Origin: a virus
Lineage: Duplodnaviria; Heunggongvirae; Uroviricota; Caudoviricetes
Strand: one strand, 5' to 3'
Length of the DNA: 5,916 nucleotides
Virus record (IMG/VR): IMGVR_UViG_2703718798_000018
A model generated the notes under the pieces. It searched no databases. It worked only from the letters and a program-made list of their open reading frames with translations, and was not told where the DNA came from. Position 1 is the stretch's first letter. Each line of letters opens with the position of its first letter. This document shows positions 1 to 5,499 of the stretch, piece after piece. A program made the translations under genes and the position numbers.

Positions 1-252
1 TTACCATATTTCGTCACCCGCAGGGGTGGATTTACCCCAGACATCCTGCTCGCTAAGTTCCGCGGCGTTCATGTCACACTGTGCCAGCAGTTCATCAAGC
101 GAGTAGCGCCTGGAGATGGGTGTCAGAATCAGTTGGTTGTTGCTCACCTGCGCTTCCACGCTCTGCCCCGGCTGTAAGTTAAGTTCTTTCATTACGATAT
201 TGGGAATGACCATACCTGCACTGTTCCCCCATCTTTTTATGGTAATACGCAT
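1..252 (-). CDS. chpS: ChpS (ChpBI) antitoxin of the chpSB toxin-antitoxin pair, MazE-like; complete, stop codon at 1-3
   Basis: Translation from the ATG at 252 (MRITIKRWGNSAGMVIPNIVMKELNLQPGQ...DEIW, 83 aa) matches my recollection of E. coli K-12 ChpS essentially residue for residue. AAGGAG sits 6 nt upstream on the minus strand. The ORF track's 85-aa form starts at an upstream GTG (258). Not alignment-verified. Confidence 0.85.
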   Translation of the reverse strand: MRITIKRWGNSAGMVIPNIVMKELNLQPGQSVEAQVSNNQLILTPISRRYSLDELLAQCDMNAAELSEQDVWGKSTPAGDEIW

Positions 253-261
253 CTGCACCTC

Positions 262-290
262 CTTAAGTTATACAAAGTATAACTCACGGT
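262..290 (-). promoter_or_regulatory. Candidate chpSB promoter/operator: palindrome TTATACAAAGTATAA (268-282) just upstream of the chpS RBS
   Basis: Inverted repeat TTATAC-AAA-GTATAA read directly from the sequence. TA operons are typically autoregulated through palindromic operators overlapping the promoter. No experimental evidence here. Confidence 0.4.
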
Positions 291-425
291 GCTACAGGAA
301 ACGTTTTACCCCTGCGCATTTGTGAATGCCAGCAGAGTTTTTTATGCGTTAATAGATATGGAAAGCGGCTCGGAGAGAAAAGCAAAAGGTGAGGGAATTA
401 CAAAACAGAATGCGAGTCGTCTCGC

Positions 426-451
426 AAAAAACAACGCCACCCGAAGGTGGC
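426..451 (-). terminator. Candidate rho-independent terminator on the minus strand, ending either the int transcript or a host gene upstream of chpS
   Basis: Minus-strand read: GCCACC-UUCG-GGUGGC (6-bp GC-rich stem, UUCG loop; plus coords 436-451) followed by GUUGUUUUUU (426-435). A second small hairpin GCGAG-TCGT-CTCGC lies at 412-425. Confidence 0.4.
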
Positions 452-455
452 ATAA

Positions 456-490
456 GGGGGTAGCGCGTATCGCTATCCCCCTTTATATAT
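456..490 (+). other. Imperfect 10-bp GC-rich hairpin (GGGGGTAGCG / CGCTA(T)CCCCC, one bulge) followed by TTTATATAT; possible att-junction or terminator-like element
   Basis: Pairing checked base by base (456-465 with 471-481, T476 bulged). Function not assignable from sequence alone. Confidence 0.25.
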
Positions 491-541
491 CAAATAGTTA
501 CGAGTTCAAAGTAGTTCGGAATAGTGCCATTTAGTCCCCGT

Positions 542-1537
542 TTATGGGCAAAATCTGGACAACTCCGCAACCGGATTGAACCTTACCGCGTCCTGGAGAT
601 AATCAGGTGCAAAGTGCGCATAGGTCATTGTCTGCTGAATTGTGCTGTGCCCTAAAATACGCTGAAGGGTAATAATGTTCCCTCCATTTATCATGAAATG
701 AGTTGCGAATGTGTGCCGTAAAACATGCACAGACTGACCGACTGGTAAATCAGGCCGCACAGTCCTTATTGCACTTCTGACTATCGCATAACTGGGGTTC
801 ATTAATCTTCCCGTCGCTTTGACTTTAATCAGAGATTCAAGATCTTTAGCTATAGGAATAACCCGCCGCGATCCATTCTTTGTCTCCATGAAAATAACCT
901 TCCCACCAATTATGTGTTCACCTTTAATATTGGCAACTTCACCCCAGCGCCCGCCTGTAGCCAGGCTTAACAATACAGCCTTAAGATTATCGCCAGATAA
1001 AAGTGCGGTTAGCCTGGGAATATCATCATGTGCAAGATAAGCCATTTCCGGCTGATTAATTGTTAGCTTGCGTATCTCGTGAAACGGGTTATCACCCACA
1101 AACTCTTCAACATCAATCAGCTTTTCAAAGAAACCGCTCATCATTGCACAATAACGATTTACCGTTGACTGCTTAATTCCGCGATTCATTAATTCAAGGC
1201 GATATCTGATAATATTTTTTCGGGTTAAGTGGTCACTTCTGTTAATACCAAGCTCTTGCATATCACGAAGAACCGCTTCAATTCTGACCCGATTCATCGC
1301 GCCATAACGATGATTCTTACCGTGGTACACCCACCACAGTTCCAGAAGATCGCTTAACGCTTTACGTTCAATAGGTTTTTCGACCCAGTCCTTATCGTGA
1401 TAATGCGTCAGAACATGGCGTTCATACATCGCCGCTTCACCACGGGTAGGAAATCGCCGCCGAAATCTTCTTCCTTCAGATCCAGCAGGCCGCACGTCCA
1501 CACAGTATTTGCCATCAGCGAGCTTCTTAATCGACAT
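542..1537 (-). CDS. int: Tyrosine site-specific integrase, P2 Int family (331 aa)
   Basis: N-terminus MSIKKLADGKYCVDVRPAGSEGRRFRRRF and C-terminus HVLRHTFATHFMINGGNIITLQRILGHSTIQQTMTYAHFAPDYLQDA closely resemble P2 Int as I recall it, including the R/H/R/Y catalytic region. Start chosen at the ATG at 1537 with a G-rich RBS; the ORF track's start at 1573 adds 12 residues with no homology support. Confidence 0.9.
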   Translation of the reverse strand: MSIKKLADGKYCVDVRPAGSEGRRFRRRFPTRGEAAMYERHVLTHYHDKDWVEKPIERKALSDLLELWWVYHGKNHRYGAMNRVRIEAVLRDMQELGINRSDHLTRKNIIRYRLELMNRGIKQSTVNRYCAMMSGFFEKLIDVEEFVGDNPFHEIRKLTINQPEMAYLAHDDIPRLTALLSGDNLKAVLLSLATGGRWGEVANIKGEHIIGGKVIFMETKNGSRRVIPIAKDLESLIKVKATGRLMNPSYAIVRSAIRTVRPDLPVGQSVHVLRHTFATHFMINGGNIITLQRILGHSTIQQTMTYAHFAPDYLQDAVRFNPVAELSRFCP

Positions 1538-1603
1538 AAGGAAGCCCCCCAATGAAAACATCATCTTGATCACAATTTTGAGAAATAAAGGCCAGATGGA
1601 CCG

Positions 1604-1903
1604 TTAACCAGTCTTCTTGCCGGAGTGGGATGATTCCGCTTCGCTTTGCCCAATGTGTGCGAGAGCCGGTACCACCTGCCCGGCCTTTGGTTCGACCTCA
1701 TCGAACAAAAACCAGTCACGGTATTTACGGAAACGAGCGTGCCGCAAAAGAAGGATCCCAAAATCAAGAGGCATCTTAGATTTCCCACTTTCATAGCCAT
1801 GATATGTATAGTAATTAATTCCAATTAAATCAGATAGTTCCTTCATTTTCATCCGTTCGGACTCTCTGATAAGTTTTAATTTCTCATTTTGCGGTATTGA
1901 CAT
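1604..1903 (-). CDS. C: Immunity repressor, P2 C-type (99 aa)
   Basis: Translation from the ATG at 1903 is 99 aa, the same length as P2 C. The C-terminal VPALAHIGQSEAESSHSGKKTG resembles the P2 C tail as I recall it. GGAGG lies 11 nt upstream on the minus strand. Position (upstream of int, same strand, divergent from cox) fits P2. Confidence 0.8.
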   Translation of the reverse strand: MSIPQNEKLKLIRESERMKMKELSDLIGINYYTYHGYESGKSKMPLDFGILLLRHARFRKYRDWFLFDEVEPKAGQVVPALAHIGQSEAESSHSGKKTG

Positions 1904-1932
1904 AATTTTTCTAACCTCCAATAATTTTTGTG
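1897..1932 (+). promoter_or_regulatory. Candidate early promoter Pe: -35 TTGACA (1897-1902), 17-nt spacer, -10 AATAAT (1920-1925)
   Basis: Hexamers read directly. The -35 is a perfect consensus and the -10 matches TATAAT at 5 of 6, with optimal spacing, and the orientation points into cox. The -35 overlaps the C start codon. The leftward C promoter could not be placed confidently. Confidence 0.5.
1902..1929. promoter_or_regulatory. Candidate repressor operator: perfect 9-bp direct repeat ATAATTTTT at 1902-1910 and 1921-1929 (19-bp period) bracketing the Pe spacer and -10
   Basis: Repeat read directly from the sequence. P2 C is known to bind directly repeated half-sites around the early promoter rather than a palindrome. 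Assigning these particular repeats as the operator is inference. Confidence 0.45.
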
Positions 1933-2010
1933 TATAGCAACACAAGAATAGTCGCAATTGGTTCTACATGGTCCCTATTCGAAAAAGGGGCCAATAACGG
2001 AGGATACCAG

Positions 2011-2436
2011 ATGCAAGAAGTCACTCAAAACGCGCCTGAATCGCCTGCCGAAACACAGTGCGATCAGTTGACAGATGCGCCAGAAACCGCACACCAAAAG
2101 ACCGGGCGCAAAGCCCCTGAACGCCAGGAAATCAGGCTTTCACAAAACCCTTCTCATCTCCTGTCAAAAGAAGGGTTTGCGATGTATATCGGCAAGACCG
2201 TTGACGCCATCGTGAGCATGGCAAAAGCAGGGAAATTACCCGCTGTGTACATGGCGGATCCCCTCAAACCTGGCGGAAACGCCGAACTTTACATCAACCG
2301 GAAAGCATGGGATGAAGCCTGCGATCGACTCACTGAAAACGCACCGCAAGAATGGCACGAATGGGAAAACCGACTTTTTTTATTTAAGCCAGCAGCTGGT
2401 TCACGGAATAAACGCATCAGTAAAAAAGCTGCGTGA
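2011..2436 (+). CDS. cox: Cox-like excisionase/early repressor with an N-terminal extension of about 50 aa (141 aa total)
   Basis: The core GFAMYIGKTVDAIVSMAKAGKLPAVYMADPLKPGGNAELYINRKAWDEA resembles P2 Cox (about 91 aa) as I recall it. Start chosen at the ATG at 2011 with GGAGG 6-7 nt upstream; the track's 1930 start is a GTG inside the promoter region. Confidence 0.6.
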   Translation: MQEVTQNAPESPAETQCDQLTDAPETAHQKTGRKAPERQEIRLSQNPSHLLSKEGFAMYIGKTVDAIVSMAKAGKLPAVYMADPLKPGGNAELYINRKAWDEACDRLTENAPQEWHEWENRLFLFKPAAGSRNKRISKKAA

Positions 2437-2466
2437 TATAGAACTGGCAATCATTGGAGGGGCAAG

Positions 2467-2697
2467 ATGATTAAACACACGGAAATCAGACAAAGAATAA
2501 AAATAAGCGACGACGCTTCAGTAATAATCTGTAATCAGAACTTAGATGCCATTGTTCGGGCTGGCAACGATTTGTATTTCCATTACCCGACCCATTGCAT
2601 CGTTGTGACATTTGAAACAGAAGAGTCCTTAAAAAATGCAATGGAGCAGACAGGATTTCAGAATGAAACAGTAATAAGAAAAGACAACTGGGCATAA
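2467..2697 (+). CDS. Hypothetical early protein (76 aa)
   Basis: ATG preceded by a GGAGGGG RBS; same strand as the early operon. No recognisable motif. Confidence 0.6.
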   Translation: MIKHTEIRQRIKISDDASVIICNQNLDAIVRAGNDLYFHYPTHCIVVTFETEESLKNAMEQTGFQNETVIRKDNWA

Positions 2698-2749
2698 ATG
2701 CCAATACACCGTTATTTCAATTCTTTTAACTTAAGCGGGTTTTTCCGAT

Positions 2750-3088
2750 ATGACACAGCGACGCAACTTCCGCACTGGCACAGAACACCACGCTAACCGT
2801 TTCTCAACCAGCGCATCACGCAGCAACTCGCACTACAGCCTGCAGGAAACGCACGCCACACCTGACGGGCATCTGGTTAAACAAACCGGTAAACACACCT
2901 GGCTGATTAATGATGCCGGAATTGTCATACACAGAGGCGCACGCAACCCGATTACCGGAAATACCTGTTACTCCCTGACTCGCGGAGATGAGCAGTTCGG
3001 GCAGGATTTCACCCTGCACGAAGCATTAAGAACGGCAGACCGATTAATCAGCGGTCGCAGTTTTCAGCACCCGGAACATCGCCGCTGA
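2750..3088 (+). CDS. Hypothetical early protein (112 aa); start uncertain
   Basis: Only in-frame ATG; the RBS is weak and the N-terminal 40 residues are low-complexity (S/T/R/H-rich). The C-terminal two thirds look more protein-like. Confidence 0.45.
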   Translation: MTQRRNFRTGTEHHANRFSTSASRSNSHYSLQETHATPDGHLVKQTGKHTWLINDAGIVIHRGARNPITGNTCYSLTRGDEQFGQDFTLHEALRTADRLISGRSFQHPEHRR

Positions 3089-3107
3089 TAAATAAAAGGA
3101 TTCAGCC

Positions 3108-3350
3108 ATGATCGAAGCCTACAAAATACTTATTAATAATGCGTTGCAGCGTTATCACTTCGAACTCGCAAACCGGGGTGTAACCCGGGACGAAGGACTT
3201 CGTAACTCACTGCGGGGCGCAATTATGGGACTGTATAACTGCGCACTGGGCAGCGATGACCGCGAAGCACTGGAAGAATTAAAAGTTATTGTGGCCGAAC
3301 TGTTTGAAGGTGAAATCGTTGAGCCTTATTTCACAGAGGTAGCAGCATGA
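3108..3350 (+). CDS. Hypothetical early protein (80 aa)
   Basis: ATG with an AAAGGA RBS; its stop overlaps the next start in an ATGA arrangement. Confidence 0.6.
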   Translation: MIEAYKILINNALQRYHFELANRGVTRDEGLRNSLRGAIMGLYNCALGSDDREALEELKVIVAELFEGEIVEPYFTEVAA

Positions 3351-3472
3351 GCGTATTTCTTTCATGGGTGATTCTGATTATTTCCGTGCTTATGGCGATT
3401 GGCATTATGCGAATTATCGAAGCGCTGAAAAATATCGAATCTTTATTTACTGGCGAAGAACGCCGTAAATAA
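3347..3472 (+). CDS. Small hydrophobic peptide (41 aa: MSVFLSWVILIISVLMAIGIMRIIEALKNIESLFTGEERRK), predicted single transmembrane helix; not in the supplied ORF track
   Basis: Translated by hand. The ATG at 3347-3349 overlaps the TGA stop (3348-3350) of the upstream ORF, giving ATGA coupling. A 20-residue hydrophobic stretch is followed by a charged tail; stop is TAA at 3470-3472. Confidence 0.45.
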   Translation: MSVFLSWVILIISVLMAIGIMRIIEALKNIESLFTGEERRK

Positions 3473-3551
3473 ATAACCAACCGGACAGAAAACATTAAAA
3501 CCATCCGCATCTGCGGAGGGCTTCACTCAATCCAGAAACGGAGAAACAGCT

Positions 3552-3830
3552 ATGAGCACCAATACACCTACAGAAATAAACAAACTATTTACCGACCCGG
3601 CGCATATTGAATTGACGCAAAAAACGCTGACTGAAATAACCAATGTACTGGATGAAAGAATATCAGAAATAGATAAAGACAAGCATTTTGCCACCTACAT
3701 GGCCCTGCAAATGCAAAGCATGGCAATGGTGACAGCAAAACAGACCATCAGTGAACTCTATATGAAAAACCTGCGCCTCGAGCGCGAACTGGCAGAACTC
3801 CGGGCACAGTCCGGCCAGTTTTCAGCGTGA
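3552..3830 (+). CDS. Hypothetical early protein (92 aa) with a coiled-coil-like C-terminus
   Basis: ATG with a GGAG RBS; the C-terminus LRLERELAELRAQ has a heptad-like pattern. Confidence 0.6.
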   Translation: MSTNTPTEINKLFTDPAHIELTQKTLTEITNVLDERISEIDKDKHFATYMALQMQSMAMVTAKQTISELYMKNLRLERELAELRAQSGQFSA

Positions 3831-3841
3831 GGGGCAGGACG

Positions 3842-4093
3842 ATGAACAGCATATTTACCGCCACAAGACGAACCCTGCTGACGCATTTCACCGATGCCGC
3901 AGGCCGCGAGTTCATGGTGGAAAGTTATTTGATCACAACGACCACGCCGTGCCCGTCAGACGCTGATTATCTCTACATCCATCTGGCTGACGGCACACAA
4001 ATCACCGCGATTGCCAGTACCGTTCGCGAAGTAATGACCATCAGAGGGGCATGGAAATCAGAAACACAAGCCCACGGAGAGCTGCGGCCATGA
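3842..4093 (+). CDS. Hypothetical early protein (83 aa from ATG 3842; alternatively 88 aa from GTG 3827 overlapping the upstream stop)
   Basis: ATG at 3842 preceded by GGGGCAGGAC. The GTG at 3827-3829 overlaps the upstream TGA (3828-3830), so coupling from either start is possible. Confidence 0.55.
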   Translation: MNSIFTATRRTLLTHFTDAAGREFMVESYLITTTTPCPSDADYLYIHLADGTQITAIASTVREVMTIRGAWKSETQAHGELRP

Positions 4094-4302
4094 TCAGCAA
4101 GTACACCACCAACGCACGTAAACCCGGTAAAGACGCACGCCACCACATCGCCGTACTCCGCAATCTGTTACTGGAGGAAATCGACGACTTCACGGCGACG
4201 CTGAGCGGTCCGGGCGCACCAGTAACACCAGGTGAGATCCACCGGGACCTTAAACGCCGTATTGAAAACGCCATTGATTACACCCTGAACCCGACCGAAT
4301 AA
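4090..4302 (+). CDS. Hypothetical early protein (70 aa from ATG 4090; alternatively 83 aa from ATG 4051)
   Basis: ATG 4090-4092 overlaps the upstream TGA 4091-4093 (ATGA coupling) with GGAGAG about 9 nt upstream. The 4051 start would overlap the upstream gene by 43 nt. Confidence 0.55.
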   Translation: MISKYTTNARKPGKDARHHIAVLRNLLLEEIDDFTATLSGPGAPVTPGEIHRDLKRRIENAIDYTLNPTE

Positions 4303-4328
4303 CCGGAACAGTAACGGAGGTTATCGCG

Positions 4329-4883
4329 ATGAGACTTACACCAATGGGAACGCCAAGCAAAGCTCCGGCACATGTAAAGCCGTGGACACAACAGGAAGAT
4401 CGGTTACTCATCTCGCTTTATCAGGAACACAACACACATCAGTTCGCCGAACGAATTCAGCGAACCCGTAAAGCAGTTATGCACCGGATTCGTTTTTTAC
4501 GTAATCGTGGGCTGATTGGCCGCAAGAGAAAAGCACCACTGAGTACAGAAGTCATAGCCTTTCTTATTAAAAACCGTCATGTAAAAACCGCACAGGAAAT
4601 GGCTCTGGAAGCGGGATGCAGTGAGTGCACAGTGAGGTACACACTGCGTAAACGGGGTTACAACCTGCAAAAATGCGGTGAGAACCACCATTGCGCCAGA
4701 TACAGCGATCATCTGGTTGAGCTGGTCACGGAGCTACGCGACATACACAACATGACGTTCTGCATGATCGCTGAACACATCAACAGCACGACACAAATGC
4801 ACATTAACGACGATACGGCGTTTCATCTCTACCACCGCCGCACCGCAACTGACGCAGTGCTCCGTGAACTGTTACCGGGCTGA
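4329..4883 (+). CDS. Hypothetical protein (184 aa) with a basic helix-rich N-terminal half and a Cys/His cluster; putative DNA-binding regulator
   Basis: GGAGG sits 8 nt upstream of the ATG. The sequence contains C-x2-C, then 15 residues, then C-x5-C (CSEC...CGENHHC). The DNA-binding assignment is based on composition and motif only. Confidence 0.65.
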   Translation: MRLTPMGTPSKAPAHVKPWTQQEDRLLISLYQEHNTHQFAERIQRTRKAVMHRIRFLRNRGLIGRKRKAPLSTEVIAFLIKNRHVKTAQEMALEAGCSECTVRYTLRKRGYNLQKCGENHHCARYSDHLVELVTELRDIHNMTFCMIAEHINSTTQMHINDDTAFHLYHRRTATDAVLRELLPG

Positions 4884-5003
4884 GTGATCATCATGCACAC
4901 ACAAAAAAACCGCTTGCCAGCGTTCGCCTGGTCGGGTTACAGTTTTCCCGCACCTCATAAAACGGGTGCCGGGATTTCCACCCCGCCGATAACCAAAGCG
5001 CAC

Positions 5004-5024
5004 AACCGCGCCAGCGGTTTTTTT
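5004..5024 (+). terminator. Candidate intrinsic terminator ending the cox-side operon
   Basis: AACCGC-GCCA-GCGGTT hairpin (6 bp, 4-nt loop) immediately followed by a run of 7 T (5018-5024), about 120 nt downstream of the 184-aa ORF stop. Confidence 0.5.
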
Positions 5025-5065
5025 GTGCGTACTGTATTGCCACGTCTTTTTCGCGTCAGAATTAT

Positions 5066-5141
5066 GGCGGGGCGTACGGGGCCGACTTCGGTCGGGCCGG
5101 GTTCTTTGGTTACCGGTTGTGGAAACCCTGTACGCCTCGCC
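5066..5141 (+). ncRNA. Candidate structured RNA element (about 76 nt): 16-bp closing helix with two G-U wobbles, enclosing a UUCG-capped hairpin and a second short hairpin
   Basis: 5066-5081 (GGCGGGGCGTACGGGG) pairs with 5126-5141 (CCCTGTACGCCTCGCC): 14 Watson-Crick pairs plus 2 G-U, possible only in a plus-strand transcript. Inside are CCGAC-UUCG-GUCGG (5082-5095) and CCGG-N12-CCGG (5097-5116). A possible promoter TTGCCA (5037-5042), 17-nt spacer, AATTAT (5060-5065) lies just upstream. Neither reading frame across it looks protein-like. Prediction only. Confidence 0.3.
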
Positions 5142-5167
5142 ACCCCGAGTTTTCCACCTCTGGATGG

Positions 5168-5184
5168 TGAGTTTTCAAAATTCA
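5168..5184. promoter_or_regulatory. Near-palindrome TGAGTTTTCAAAATTCA upstream of the 75-aa gene; candidate operator or promoter element
   Basis: 8-bp arms with one mismatch around a central C. GAGTTTTC also occurs as a direct repeat at 5147-5154 and 5170-5177. It sits 20-35 nt upstream of the AAGAGG RBS of the ORF at 5204. Confidence 0.3.
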
Positions 5185-5203
5185 CAACCAAAGAGGCCAC
5201 ACC

Positions 5204-5431
5204 ATGGCAAACCGCAAACAACAGCGCGCCCGCGCTGAGCGTCTTCACATCCGGACTGAAATCAACCGCAGACTCCATCGGGCTGCATCTGTCTCCTTCA
5301 TCATGCAGTCAAACGTATTACACCGACTTAACGACGGTATCGCTGCCGGGTATTACGCGGCAGTCTTCAGCTATCTGGCCGAAGACCTGGCAGAACTGCA
5401 AGACCTTATCAACCAGCAACACCACCACTAA
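5204..5431 (+). CDS. Hypothetical small protein (75 aa) with a highly basic N-terminus and an acidic C-terminus ending QQHHH
   Basis: ATG with AAGAGG 7 nt upstream; the N-terminus MANRKQQRARAERLHIRTEINRRLHR is strongly basic (possible nucleic-acid binding). Confidence 0.55.
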   Translation: MANRKQQRARAERLHIRTEINRRLHRAASVSFIMQSNVLHRLNDGIAAGYYAAVFSYLAEDLAELQDLINQQHHH

Positions 5432-5499
5432 ACAACATCCTGAAGCCATCCCGCACCCGTGCGCGGGAGGCTTCCGCACGTCTGTTACCGGAGGTTCTC

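Noticed and set aside
116-534. Plus-strand ORFs 116-325 and 289-534
   Set aside because: The first is antisense to chpS; the second lies over the hairpin-rich junction. Neither has an RBS or protein-like composition.
259-541. tRNA or tmRNA gene as the integration target at attL
   Set aside because: I could not fold any 70-90 nt segment into a cloverleaf with a T-loop-like GTTC motif, and the hairpins look like terminators instead. Not excluded without a proper tRNA scan.
819-1828. ORFs overlapping int and C (819-1040 plus, 1646-1828 plus, 1570-1824 minus)
   Set aside because: They lie within or antisense to well-supported genes and have no independent support.
1604-1957. Longer 117-aa form of the repressor ORF (and the 343-aa integrase form starting at 1573)
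   Set aside because: The extensions (MRLFLCCYTQKLLEVRKI and MIKMMFSLGGFL) are hydrophobic, lack an RBS and run into the promoter region. The shorter forms match P2 C and Int lengths and N-termini as I recall them.
1930-2010. GTG start at 1930 for the Cox-like ORF (168-aa form)
   Set aside because: It would begin inside the predicted promoter and operator with no RBS. The ATG at 2011 has GGAGG at the right spacing.
2486-4712. Minus-strand ORFs antisense to the early operon (2486-2704, 2816-3019, 4041-4274, 4497-4712)
   Set aside because: Each is fully embedded antisense in a plus-strand gene with a good RBS. The operon is clearly organised on the plus strand.
4884-5203. Retron (msr/msd) interpretation of the structured island
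   Set aside because: No reverse-transcriptase ORF follows; the downstream ORFs are 75 and 138 aa with no RT-like motif recognised, and I could not find the retron repeat architecture.
4955-5278. 107-aa minus-strand ORF and 71-aa plus-strand ORF (5023-5238) over the same island
   Set aside because: Same artefact-like composition, no RBS, and antisense to or overlapping the structured region.
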